Shown here: positions 29,844 to 39,233 of the stretch, in pieces
Layout: each line of letters starts with the position of its first letter
Position numbering within the stretch: the first letter of the stretch is position 1
NCBI GenBank assembly: GCA_964609855.1
Contig: CAZSTB010000003.1
Coordinates: 4,305-68,304, forward strand
Length of the DNA: 64,000 nucleotides
Source of the DNA: an uncultured Bdellovibrionales bacterium
Lineage (GTDB): Bacteria > Patescibacteriota > Minisyncoccia > Moranbacterales > GWC2-37-73
Direction: 5' to 3'
Position numbers and translations under genes: made by a program
The notes under the pieces: model-generated
The model's input: only the letters and a program-made list of their open reading frames with translations
Database searches by the model: none
Told to the model about the DNA's origin: nothing

Positions 29844-29917
29844 ATGAAATTATTTTTTAATTTTAAATTATAACAAAGATAGAAACTTCCTGTAAGTAGA
29901 AGTTTCTATCAAAAAAT

Positions 29918-30385
29918 CTAGGCGAAATGTGCGAACGCTTTGTTAGCTTCAGCCATGCGGTGAGTATCATCGCGCTTCTTCATTGCAGCTCCGACTTTGT
30001 TTGATGCATCGATCAATTCATCTGCCAATTTTTCTGCCATGCGCTTCCCTTTACGAGAACGACATGCAGTCAAAATCCAACGTACTGCCAAAGTCTGTCT
30101 TCTTTCTCCGCTTACTTGAATCGGAACTTGGTAGTTAGCACCACCAACGCGTTTTGATTTAAGTTCCAAAAGAGGAGAAATGTTCTTGATTGCTTGTTCG
30201 AAAACATTCAATCCACCTTTTTTAGTTCGCTCATGAATCACATCGAAGCAATCATAGATAACTTTTTCAGCAATGCTGCGCTTTCCATCTTGCATAACAT
30301 TTCCGATAAAGCGTCCCACTAAAATGTTTCCATATCGTGGATCTGGTTTCCATTGTTTTTTATAAACTCTTTTTCTTCGTGCCAT
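29918..30385 (-). CDS. rpsG: 30S ribosomal protein S7
   Basis: S7 signature; str operon position. Confidence 0.9.
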   Translation of the reverse strand: MARRKRVYKKQWKPDPRYGNILVGRFIGNVMQDGKRSIAEKVIYDCFDVIHERTKKGGLNVFEQAIKNISPLLELKSKRVGGANYQVPIQVSGERRQTLAVRWILTACRSRKGKRMAEKLADELIDASNKVGAAMKKRDDTHRMAEANKAFAHFA

Positions 30386-30463
30386 ATATATTTTACCGAT
30401 TCGAATCTCCTAATGAATACGAATCTACAAATTTAAATCTTAAAGTATGTTATTCGCAATTAG

Positions 30464-30886
30464 TTATTCAGTCTTTGCTTTCGGTCTTTTTGCTCCGTAT
30501 TTTGAACGAGAGCGGTTTCTTCCATCAACACCAGCTGAATCTAAAACTCCACGCACGATGTGATAACGAACACCCGGAAGATCTTTAACGCGTCCTCCAC
30601 GAATCATAACGATTGAATGCTCTTGCAAGTTATGACCAACTCCAGGAATGTAAGCTGTAACTTCCATACCATTCGTAAGACGAACTCTAGCAATCTTTCG
30701 AAGAGCTGAGTTAGGCTTCTTTGGGGTTGTTGTACTAACTTTGATACAAACTCCACGCTTGAAAGGATTCACGGTCTTTTTAGGCTTATTTTGAAGTGTG
30801 TTGAAAGTCATTGTCATTGCAGGAGATTTTGTCTTACTAACTGCAGACTTTCGGCTTTTTTTCACTAATTGATTGATTGTTGGCAT
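30464..30886 (-). CDS. rpsL: 30S ribosomal protein S12
   Basis: [10 protein letters not shown] ... [10 protein letters not shown]. Confidence 0.9.
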   Translation of the reverse strand: MPTINQLVKKSRKSAVSKTKSPAMTMTFNTLQNKPKKTVNPFKRGVCIKVSTTTPKKPNSALRKIARVRLTNGMEVTAYIPGVGHNLQEHSIVMIRGGRVKDLPGVRYHIVRGVLDSAGVDGRNRSRSKYGAKRPKAKTE

Positions 30887-31212
30887 ATTCTACATCAATT
30901 TCTAATTTCTACCGCCAATTGGCGGAGAAAACTAAAATTTTAATTTTCTATATATAATTAATACCCTTTTCTACCATCACTGCTCCCAACTAAACTGCCG
31001 ATAAAACAGAAAAAAGTCGGGAAAATTTAAATTCCGACATCTGCGCCAGTCCTGTCCAGAACGAAACAGGCTTTAACTGAAGTCTTTTTTATACAAAAAA
31101 CGGCTAGAAAACTAGCAAGATAATGATACACAATTAATGAAATTATGTCAACTCCAAGCTGCTCTTTATTGCCTTAGCTTCGCAATTTGTCATCCAAACT
31201 GCAAAGCTTCTA

Positions 31213-31911
31213 TCATAATGCCAATCCAAAGAAAAGATTGAGCATAGTATTTAAGAAAAAGCCAAGTGGAGCGGAAAATATGATAATGAACAGTAAAAGC
31301 AGCATAAACCCGTATTGCTCAAACATAATCATAACCTCCTGACGAACAGGAAAAAGCGTAAACAAGAGCTTTGAACCATCCAGTGGCGGGAAGGGTATCA
31401 AATTAAAAAATGCCAGAATTACATTCCAAAAGATTATAATCATCAACAGCGCGAAAAAGATAGAACCCACTGACCCAGAAACCGCTGCAGAAAGCTGTTC
31501 CCATGAAGCCAACTTAACTCCCGCCACAATTGCAATCTTAACGGACAAAGGAATTGTGATAAGTTTTCCAATTATTGCAGCAACTGAAGCCACAGTTATA
31601 TTTGAACCAGGCCCACCAAGAGCAACTAACGCTGGACCCCATTTTTGGTTCTTCAGATTATAGGGGTTATAAGGTACGGGTTTTGCCCAACCAAAAGCAA
31701 ATCCGGTCGAAATAAACATCGCAATGGGTACAATAATAGATCCCCAGATATCGACATGACTAATTGGATTAAAATTGAGCCTTCCGGAATATTTTGCAGT
31801 CGAATCACCAAGCCAAAGAGCCACGTAGCCGTGTGCGACTTCATGCACGATAATTGAATAAATCAAGATTGCGATAAAAAAACCTATTAGAATAATTGAG
31901 TTCAGGTCCAT
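31213..31911 (-). CDS. M50 family membrane metalloprotease (site-2 protease-like)
   Basis: HEVAHG HExxH motif inside a TM helix; polytopic membrane protein. Confidence 0.7.
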   Translation of the reverse strand: MDLNSIILIGFFIAILIYSIIVHEVAHGYVALWLGDSTAKYSGRLNFNPISHVDIWGSIIVPIAMFISTGFAFGWAKPVPYNPYNLKNQKWGPALVALGGPGSNITVASVAAIIGKLITIPLSVKIAIVAGVKLASWEQLSAAVSGSVGSIFFALLMIIIFWNVILAFFNLIPFPPLDGSKLLFTLFPVRQEVMIMFEQYGFMLLLLFIIIFSAPLGFFLNTMLNLFFGLAL

Positions 31912-32106
31912 CTTTTTATAATTCGTTAGAAATTACATTTACCCCCTATTTTCAAGATTTTAAGCAAATTCACGTTAAAATCCATAAGATTAGCTTTTTT
32001 GATGTGCAGGCTTGCCAAATCTCACTATTCATGATACACTGTCGAGAGTAATAAATCAATGCCATCTAAGCATACAAACATACAAGCATGCAAACAGATT
32101 GTTTCG

Positions 32107-32136
32107 TGTTTAAATGTTTAAATGTTTAAATGTTTT
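32107..32136. repeat. tandem repeat (ATGTTTAA)x3.5 immediately upstream of the rpmB start
   Basis: tgtttaaatgtttaaatgtttaaatgtttt. Confidence 0.9.
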
Positions 32137-32143
32137 AAAGAAT

Positions 32144-32320
32144 ATGAGTCGAACTTGTACAGTATGTGGCCGCGGAACAACAGCTGGAAATTCACGAAGC
32201 CATTCAAACATCGCAACCAAGAGAACTTTCTCTATCAATATTCAAAGTAAGAAAGTTGGTGGACAGAAAATAAAAATGTGCACCAAATGCATCAAAACTG
32301 AAAATAAAGAAAAGAAATAG
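32144..32320 (+). CDS. rpmB: 50S ribosomal protein L28 (Zn-binding C+ form)
   Basis: MSRTCTVCGRGTTAGNSRSHSNIATKR ... CTKC; the ORF track starts earlier at 32114. Confidence 0.75.
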   Translation: MSRTCTVCGRGTTAGNSRSHSNIATKRTFSINIQSKKVGGQKIKMCTKCIKTENKEKK

Positions 32321-32393
32321 TAGTTTTCAGAAAACTTTAAAAAAATTCCTTACCCTCAGGTAAGGAATTTTTTGTCATTCAGCTTAAGCTGAA

Positions 32394-32597
32394 TTATTCT
32401 CGCTTGAAAGCTCCGACTGCAAAAATCAAATACAGACCAGCCAAACCTACAAGGTCATAAATCAATCGCGACAAAAGCGACATCTCCCCGAAAAGCTCTG
32501 CCACCAAATTGTAGTTGAATAGACCCACGAAACCCCAGTTTATTGCTCCCACAATCACTAAAACCATGGCAACCCAATCCAAAGCTGTTATTTTCAT
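32394..32597 (-). CDS. DUF378 family small membrane protein
   Basis: VLVIVGAINWGFVGLFNYNLVAELFG matches the DUF378 consensus. Confidence 0.55.
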   Translation of the reverse strand: MKITALDWVAMVLVIVGAINWGFVGLFNYNLVAELFGEMSLLSRLIYDLVGLAGLYLIFAVGAFKRE

Positions 32598-32720
32598 ATT
32601 TATTCACCTCCTCTAGCTTGTTAATATTTGTACATATAATACAAATTAAAACCTTTTTTGCATCAAAAAAAAATCGATTGGCTCGATTTTTTATGTCGCA
32701 AGCAAAGTCTCGCTATTTGC

Positions 32721-33086
32721 CTACTTGGAAGTTTTTTCCACTTTTAGCCTTTTTTCAGAGTCCTCCTTATCGGATTCTTCCTCTTTTTCTTTCTTTTTCT
32801 TTTCAACTTTGAAAATTCTCGATAAATACAAAGACACTGAAACAACTGCAACTGTCAAAATAATCGCATAAAGAAACTTGGCTTTAAGTCCATCGCCAGG
32901 TTCATCGAAAAATCTTTCAATGAAGGCTTTGATCGCATCATTCCACGCCAAACCAGCCACTAGTCCGAAGCTTGTTATGATATATCCAAGAGTTTTTTCC
33001 CTGACTTCTTTTTCAAGTTCCGACCCCTTGTCTTTGAAAATGACGATTCGCTTTACAATTTTTTTCATATTATCCATGGTTAACAC
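32721..33086 (-). CDS. hypothetical membrane protein with K/E-rich C-terminus
   Basis: two TM helices; low-complexity charged tail. Confidence 0.35.
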   Translation of the reverse strand: MLTMDNMKKIVKRIVIFKDKGSELEKEVREKTLGYIITSFGLVAGLAWNDAIKAFIERFFDEPGDGLKAKFLYAIILTVAVVSVSLYLSRIFKVEKKKKEKEEESDKEDSEKRLKVEKTSK

Positions 33087-33266
33087 TTACGAATTTGGTC
33101 ACTATCTTCTTTCAATCAACTTATTATTATGCGAGGCAGTCCCCAATCGAAATCAGGCTGACTAAATAAGAAAATCGAAGAAACGCTGACTGCTATACCT
33201 TTTCTCATTATAGCATAAAAAATCCCCAAGTGTTAAAAAACATCCATTATAACTGGATGTTTTTAA

Positions 33267-33839
33267 CTAGAGAACTTTCAGTTGTGCCACGATTTTTTCA
33301 TAATCGGGAAAGGTTTGTGCGACCAATGACCAGAAACGCTTTCCATGATTAAACTCTTTCAAATGGCAAAGTTCATGCACGATGATATAGTCCGCATGAC
33401 GCTGCGGCAGAAGCGCAATCTTATAATTGAAATTCAAATTTCCCTTGGAGCTGCAACTTCCCCATCTGGTTTTTTGGTTACGGATAGCTACTGCATTAAA
33501 ATTGAAGCCATAAATTGCATTATATTTCTCCAGTCTCTTAGTGACCATCTCTCGGGCATATTCCCTGAGCTTGAGGTATTCGCTATGATCATGTCGAGCA
33601 AAAAGACTATTTCTTCCAATCTTTTTCATAGCTTTGAGCTTCTCCAGAACCCAAACCGCATTTTGCTGCACAAAGTTTTCAGCGCTTGCTACGCTCATAT
33701 ACCACGGCAACGTCACGACACAATTTCCATCGCAAGATATGGCTAATTTAAGCCTTTTTGCTTGCCTATGTTTCCTTACCGTATATTCAATTTTCTCATT
33801 TTTCAGAGTGATTTTCTTTGTAACAGTCATATTTTTCAC
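33267..33839 (-). CDS. YgjP-like metal-dependent hydrolase (DUF45 / M48-like, HExxH)
   Basis: IVHELCHLKEFNHGKRFW motif. Confidence 0.65.
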   Translation of the reverse strand: MKNMTVTKKITLKNEKIEYTVRKHRQAKRLKLAISCDGNCVVTLPWYMSVASAENFVQQNAVWVLEKLKAMKKIGRNSLFARHDHSEYLKLREYAREMVTKRLEKYNAIYGFNFNAVAIRNQKTRWGSCSSKGNLNFNYKIALLPQRHADYIIVHELCHLKEFNHGKRFWSLVAQTFPDYEKIVAQLKVL

Positions 33840-33925
33840 ATTAACCAGCTTGCTATTAATCTAATACATCAATTCGCGATAAAGCATTCTTTATTGACTT
33901 TTATTTAAAAGTATGCTATAATTAA

Positions 33926-35128
33926 CTACTGCCTTATCAATGTGTTATACCTCTGGATGGTTTTATTGTAAAGCCCCACGATATCATTGAGTTTTTTTAC
34001 GTCTTTTTTATATTGCTCGAATAATTTATTATATTTTTCAACCAAGGCGTTATATTTTTCAAATTCTTGCCTTTTTTCATATTTATTCAGATCGTTTTTC
34101 CACTCAGTTAACTTTTCCTCGGCCGCAGCAACAATTTTCTTCTGTTCATTGATCATCGGCAATGTTTTCTCGAATGAAATTTTCAACTGATTTATTTCCG
34201 CGATTATCTTTTCAGTTTTTATGATGCCCAGATATTCCCTGCCTTCAGTTTTCTGCAAAATTACAACCTGACCCAACTGCCCGACAGCCGCCAAGTTCGC
34301 TTGATCCAAACTTAGTTCAGTCAATTTGGCGACATTTACAGTTTTATTGCTCGCAGAGTCGAAACTTGGAACAATCCCAATCTTATTTCCCTCCGCCGTG
34401 GTTTCGCTGTAGCAATAACCACTTCCATATGTTGAATTAGCTTTCGGACACTGAATTCCGATTGCCATATGATTATCATCCGGATATGTGAAGATTGCAG
34501 TTCCGTATCCCATAACCCTAAGCAAAGCAATTGCCAACAAACTCTTGTCGCTGCACACGCCCAACTGCTGAAAAAGAACTTCATAGGGATAACGCATCGT
34601 TTCATTGGAATTTTTAGCCAAAATATTTTCAGCTTTTGCATCGTCATACGGAATCGATTGCACGAATGCCATCGTCAAATCAACAAGCTCATCGTCAGTT
34701 AACTTTTGCTTAACGCCAAGCTGGCGAATTTTTTCCACCAGTTCAATAATCGTTTTATCCTCCTGATCGATCTTTAAAAAATTTCCATAATACTCCTCTT
34801 CCCAATTTTGTGGCAAAGTTCCCACATAGGAGAATGATTTAGGTTGATTTTTGTAAAATTCATTAACAGACTCATACAAATTCTCCGTAATTGAATATTT
34901 GACACCTTTATATTCCCATTGGTAAACGCGTTCCTTGGCGCCTTCTAATTGTGGGAAAGGCTTTTTAAAGATAATTTTCTCCGCCTCACCATCGGTAAAA
35001 TTTTCAATGACTGAAAAAACTTGCGATGAGGAAAGATTTCTTTTTTCAGCAATAAGCCAAAGTGCGCCTGCTATTAAAAGCAGCTCTAGGGAAATAATTA
35101 AAGTTTTTTTAAGCAAATTTTTCAGCAT
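33926..35128 (-). CDS. membrane-anchored protein with transglutaminase-like cysteine protease core and C-terminal coiled coil
   Basis: GVCSDKSLLAIALLRVMGY ... NHMAIGI ... (Cys/His/Asp arrangement of the transglutaminase-like fold); N-terminal TM. Confidence 0.4.
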   Translation of the reverse strand: MLKNLLKKTLIISLELLLIAGALWLIAEKRNLSSSQVFSVIENFTDGEAEKIIFKKPFPQLEGAKERVYQWEYKGVKYSITENLYESVNEFYKNQPKSFSYVGTLPQNWEEEYYGNFLKIDQEDKTIIELVEKIRQLGVKQKLTDDELVDLTMAFVQSIPYDDAKAENILAKNSNETMRYPYEVLFQQLGVCSDKSLLAIALLRVMGYGTAIFTYPDDNHMAIGIQCPKANSTYGSGYCYSETTAEGNKIGIVPSFDSASNKTVNVAKLTELSLDQANLAAVGQLGQVVILQKTEGREYLGIIKTEKIIAEINQLKISFEKTLPMINEQKKIVAAAEEKLTEWKNDLNKYEKRQEFEKYNALVEKYNKLFEQYKKDVKKLNDIVGLYNKTIQRYNTLIRQ

Positions 35129-35230
35129 ACAAGATAGTATTTTTTATTTTTCAAATGAGACCTCATGCACCTATGATTATACTACGCCCACCAATTTTTA
35201 GCACTAAATTTTAAAAATTGCAAAAGAAAA

Positions 35231-35267
35231 AAGGAGTATTCGCGGTTTACGAAAACTCCTTCTTTTG
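35231..35267. terminator. bidirectional intrinsic terminator (AAGGAGT...ACTCCTT flanked by A-run and T-run)
   Basis: stem 35231-35237 / 35255-35261 with an inner CGG/CCG extension; T-tract on the plus strand and U-tract on the minus transcript. Confidence 0.6.
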
Positions 35268-35375
35268 AATTGCTCTTTGTAAGAGCGGATACTCGCTTCC
35301 ATATCCTTTTTTAAAGATATGGATAGTTTATTGAATTGGATGAGGTCATCATACCAAAACAATTACTGTTAGCGA

Positions 35376-35609
35376 CTAGAGGTATGCACCCTTAACGGTT
35401 GAGCGCGGAAGTCCGGTGTTTTCAAGCTTTTCCGGATCCGAACTTGCAACCTGCGTCATGCTGAGCGGAGGTGCCGGTTGATCCTGACCATTTCTGCTCA
35501 GGCATTTTCCCTTTTCAAGTCCCGGGCATTTTCCATTGCTGCACTTTGTTTTGCAGCGTTCCTCTCCATAGCAGGATTTACAATCAAATTCCACAATATC
35601 TCTTTGCAT
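35376..35609 (-). CDS. small Cys-rich hypothetical protein (6 Cys in the first 36 aa)
   Basis: ATG preceded by SD AAAGGGGAT; GC-rich island; last gene of a 4-gene operon. Confidence 0.4.
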   Translation of the reverse strand: MQRDIVEFDCKSCYGEERCKTKCSNGKCPGLEKGKCLSRNGQDQPAPPLSMTQVASSDPEKLENTGLPRSTVKGAYL

Positions 35610-35627
35610 TTTTATCCCCTTTTTTTG

Positions 35628-35810
35628 CTATTGAACTCCCAGACCAAGATGTTTACGGATATTGTTTGCGTTGGTATTCAGCCAGCAAAAATCGTCCGCG
35701 CCCCTGCATCCGCTGAATAACCTTTCTATTCTCCGAAGCAATTTGCGTAGTTCGTGATCCGATTTTCCAGCCAAACTTACAATATTGCTTCTCGCCCTTT
35801 TCCTGATCAT
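35628..35810 (-). CDS. small basic hypothetical protein (~60 aa)
   Basis: ATG at 35808-35810 preceded by GGAGG with a 5-nt spacer; the ORF track begins at a TTG at 35822. Confidence 0.35.
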   Translation of the reverse strand: MIRKRARSNIVSLAGKSDHELRKLLRRIERLFSGCRGADDFCWLNTNANNIRKHLGLGVQ

Positions 35811-35830
35811 ATCCACCTCCAATTTTGAAT

Positions 35831-36097
35831 TTAGGCTGCCTCCCTTGAATTAAAATTTTCGCTCAACTGCTCAGGTGAAATCTTCTCCAACAACTCACGA
35901 GAAGGGTTCGCACTTTGCAGCATCCTTATTAGTGAATCATTGAGAAATACGTGTCCGCATCCGCAATCGAGTGTTTTTGTTATCAACTGCTCGGTGCGCA
36001 TGCGACTTTTGATATCTCCCGGGTGTGTCTTACCAAGTCGCTGAATCAACTGATGAAGCTTTCGTTTCAAAGCAACAGTTCTTTTCATATTCAGCAT
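35831..36097 (-). CDS. small hypothetical protein (88 aa), weak Spo0E-like helical resemblance
   Basis: ATG preceded by AAAGGGAGGAG; basic helical N-terminal half. Confidence 0.35.
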   Translation of the reverse strand: MLNMKRTVALKRKLHQLIQRLGKTHPGDIKSRMRTEQLITKTLDCGCGHVFLNDSLIRMLQSANPSRELLEKISPEQLSENFNSREAA

Positions 36098-36113
36098 GAC
36101 TCCTCCCTTTAGA

Positions 36114-36317
36114 TTATTTATTTTCCTGCATGCAGCGCAGCGCCTTAATCCTTGGATCCAGATATGTTTTCAAGATAAATGCATTTTGTTTCTCCACTTC
36201 TGACGACTCAGAAAATTCCATCACACTGACAGCATCGACGCGACATTTCTCCAGAACTTCAATGTCCTGCGTCTTCTCTGCAATCCGCTGAATCTCAAAC
36301 AGATCGATGTCTAGCAA
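36114..36317 (-). CDS. small acidic hypothetical protein (67 aa)
   Basis: TTG start preceded by a perfect SD AAGGAGGTG with a 7-nt spacer. Confidence 0.35.
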   Translation of the reverse strand: MLDIDLFEIQRIAEKTQDIEVLEKCRVDAVSVMEFSESSEVEKQNAFILKTYLDPRIKALRCMQENK

Positions 36318-36662
36318 ATCACACCTCCTTTTTAGTAAACCAAATTTTTAAAAAACTATCCTTATTATTATAAGCAAACAACTTGCAGCAAAATAAAAAA
36401 CCAGCTTTCGCTGGAATAATTTCAATACTACTTTTTGCTTAATTCTATGAAATATTACCCAACGAAAATTTGCCTCCGACGAGGAGAATAATGAGTCCAA
36501 ACAGGACAATCACAAATTTTTTTGTTGAGTTATTTTTCATATATCATCATTATAAACATTTTTCGCGGCCTGTCAATAACAATGAGCTTAGATAACATCT
36601 CGTATCTTGTATCGCGTATCTTGTATATCGTATTTTATACATTGCATTTATACACCATACAT

Positions 36663-36697
36663 AATACTAGATACTAGATACTAGATACTAGATACTT
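36663..36697. repeat. tandem heptamer repeat (TACTAGA)x4-5 downstream of paralog A
   Basis: atactagatactagatactagatactagatac. Confidence 0.85.
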
Positions 36698-36707
36698 TAT
36701 ACATGCA

Positions 36708-37835
36708 TCATTCCACACTTAATCCGCTCGGAGAAGCAGGAGCAACGACATCGAGAATGGAATCACTAGTAGTAATCACAACATCATCAATCTGCACAGG
36801 ATAACTGACATTCTCAGTGTACAAATGTGAACCCACATGATGATTATCCATTAATTCAACATAGTTCCAACCATTTTCAACACTTCCTCCTGACATGACA
36901 AATTCCATATTTGTCTTGTAGAACATGCGCACATCGTCCAAACTAACCTCTTGAATTCCATCTGCTGCGCCTGGTGCGGAATTCATTTTTACATGATAGG
37001 TATATTTATGCCATTCTCCATCCATCCTGATAGTGTCTACAACAGGATTACTGGAGGGCAGTGCATATGTATAACGATTATTTAAGAGGATATTCTGATA
37101 AGGATAATAACTGCTACTATTATACCAAGCATCCACGGTTTCATCATAAACTTCAGGAGTTCCATTTGAAGTTTGCGAACGGTTGTAATACTGCATAAAA
37201 TAAGGCCTGCTAGAATAAAAGCTTCCCATGTGTGGCAGCCACGCAGGGTGTGTAGGCCTAGCCTCAACCGAATGATCATCCGCCAAGGATGTTGAAACGG
37301 TCAACTCGCCATTAAACCTGGCGATATAAAAAGCCTTCGTTATACCGGAATAATTAATGTCAGACCCATCCCACCAATCCATATCACTTGGATATTTCAC
37401 CCACATCTCCACCCAAAGCTCAGGATATCCCGCTTCGCCGAAGTACATCGTAAGGGGACTGCCTCCAGCCCACCCAGTACTATATGTAGGATTACCCTTG
37501 GCTGATTCAAAATTGTAAGTCAAACCTCTTGAGCTTTCTCTACCTTGTCTCGCTCCAATAGTAGCCATTGGGCCTTGAGAAACTGCAAGAGTTGAAGGCG
37601 AAGTTCTGACCCATGAATTGGGATGCAACCACTGCCCATTCATCTTTTTGGGAGGATCCAGAGTTCTTGATGGATTGCCCGTCCAAGCATTAGGAAAACC
37701 ATTTGATATCCTAGGCGCAGACCAGTCAGCCGCATCTTCAAAGTTAGTCTCCCAAACAACAGCTGCATTTGCAAAATTTTGCAGCATGAAAAATATTGCA
37801 AGTAGGAAGAAAAATTTTAGAATTTGTTTTTGCAT
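36708..37835 (-). CDS. secreted beta-rich (jelly-roll/concanavalin-like?) protein, paralog A; C-terminus ...APASPSGLSVE
   Basis: signal peptide MQKQILKFFFLLAIFFMLQNFANA; shared motifs HVKMNSAPGAADG and LDDV; TGA stop directly after the conserved C-terminal motif. Confidence 0.6.
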   Translation of the reverse strand: MQKQILKFFFLLAIFFMLQNFANAAVVWETNFEDAADWSAPRISNGFPNAWTGNPSRTLDPPKKMNGQWLHPNSWVRTSPSTLAVSQGPMATIGARQGRESSRGLTYNFESAKGNPTYSTGWAGGSPLTMYFGEAGYPELWVEMWVKYPSDMDWWDGSDINYSGITKAFYIARFNGELTVSTSLADDHSVEARPTHPAWLPHMGSFYSSRPYFMQYYNRSQTSNGTPEVYDETVDAWYNSSSYYPYQNILLNNRYTYALPSSNPVVDTIRMDGEWHKYTYHVKMNSAPGAADGIQEVSLDDVRMFYKTNMEFVMSGGSVENGWNYVELMDNHHVGSHLYTENVSYPVQIDDVVITTSDSILDVVAPASPSGLSVE

Positions 37836-37951
37836 TTCTTAATTAAGCCATTTTTATTATTGTTTCGCGTTTAACGTTACAAACCCTTATGAACTCGTAA
37901 CTTTTATATATTTTCTATTTTTGCGTTTATACTTAATAACTCATACATGCA

Positions 37952-39028
37952 TCATTCCACTCCTAATCCTGTCGGTGCTGCAGGAGCAGCGGAATCAAAC
38001 AGACCTATCACATAATCAGGAGCAAGTTGGGTTGTAGATACTACAAAGTCATCGAGTCTCATCTGATGATGAAGTGTATCAGAATCATAATAATTAGAGG
38101 TGCCAGCCATCGCCATATTGCCGAATAATACGGCGGAGTTTATTTTCCTGGTCAGATCAGTCACCACTATCTGGTCATAATATCCCCATGATGCTACAGC
38201 AGGATTATATGACGCCATATTGTTATCTGGAATTATCCACGCCTCAACGATACCGTCTGAATTTGGGGTGCTGTCCGTAAAAGTGTTCAACTTTATATGG
38301 AATTGAACAAAATTCCAATGTCCCACAACATATGCGTAGTTAGTCGCAGATGGAGAATATCCGCCGTGAGTCCAAGCATAATCACCTGAATTTGGACAAC
38401 CAACAACTCCATTGCTAGGGCCAAATATTCCCAGATAAATTCTCCAGACACCATTTCCATCAGTTACCAATTCGAAATATTGTTGCTGTCCTCTTTTATA
38501 CCCAAATTCATCGCATGTACTGTTGGGATTTTCAGTAGCAATATTGACTCCCGTATTGGAATGCATAATTTTCCAGGGACTCATGCCCGCACCTGGATTG
38601 AAGTCAGCAGGAACATACAGCCATGATTGGTACCAAATTTCATCATAGCCCGACGTTCTTCCATTACTCAAAATCAAATCGAATGACCCACCATTGATGT
38701 ACTGACTATATTCATAATCAGCAGCTAGCGATTTTCCCGAGTTGCCATGATAAACATTTTGGTCGATAGAATATAAGGGAGGAGTTAGCGCATTGCTTCC
38801 AGCTCCCTGCGCCCACGAATACCAGCAAGGCAAGTTTGTTTCATAATCACAAGGTCCGCTTGGCATATCACCGATAGTGCTGGGCCAATCATGGCTCAAA
38901 TTATCCGAAGTGCTTTGCCACGTATAGGAATTGAAGTTATCCTCAAAAACAATTGCGGCCTGAGAAAAACCAGGCACCGCAAAAAATATCGCGAGCAGTA
39001 AGAAAAATTTTAGAATTTGTTTTTTCAT
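37952..39028 (-). CDS. secreted beta-rich protein, paralog B; C-terminus ...APAAPTGLGVE
   Basis: likely start MKKQILKFFLLLAIFFAVPGFSQA at ATG 39026-39028 (the ORF track extends to a TTG at 39070); family motifs; TGA stop. Confidence 0.6.
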   Translation of the reverse strand: MKKQILKFFLLLAIFFAVPGFSQAAIVFEDNFNSYTWQSTSDNLSHDWPSTIGDMPSGPCDYETNLPCWYSWAQGAGSNALTPPLYSIDQNVYHGNSGKSLAADYEYSQYINGGSFDLILSNGRTSGYDEIWYQSWLYVPADFNPGAGMSPWKIMHSNTGVNIATENPNSTCDEFGYKRGQQQYFELVTDGNGVWRIYLGIFGPSNGVVGCPNSGDYAWTHGGYSPSATNYAYVVGHWNFVQFHIKLNTFTDSTPNSDGIVEAWIIPDNNMASYNPAVASWGYYDQIVVTDLTRKINSAVLFGNMAMAGTSNYYDSDTLHHQMRLDDFVVSTTQLAPDYVIGLFDSAAPAAPTGLGVE

Positions 39029-39046
39029 TAAATACCTAAAAATCTT

Positions 39047-39068
39047 GTTACGTAGCATGCTACGTAAC
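39047..39068. promoter_or_regulatory. perfect 22-bp palindrome GTTACGTAGCATGCTACGTAAC 19-40 nt upstream of the paralog B start
   Basis: self-complementary sequence; a related palindrome is upstream of paralog D. Confidence 0.6.
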
Positions 39069-39233
39069 AACTCGCTAATTTTTATCTTATAATTATACCA
39101 CTTTTTATTGGTATTTCGTATTTCTTATACTTAACATTACAAACCTTATGAACTTGCAACGTTATAAACTTTTATGTATTTTGCATTTTTGAATTTATAC
39201 TTCATACATAATACCAAATACTTTATACTAAAG

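Noticed and set aside
30887-31212. Palindromes CCGCCAATTGGCGG (about 30927-30940) and GTCGGGAAAATTTAAATTCCGAC (about 31016-31038) upstream of rpsL
   Set aside because: They are plausible promoter-region or terminator elements for the str operon, but they have no U-tract and no second copy. This is too weak to call.
35471-35720. Plus-strand ORFs (81 and 80 aa) inside the small-protein island
   Set aside because: They lack an SD, overlap four SD-bearing minus-strand genes, and have low-complexity hydrophobic translations.
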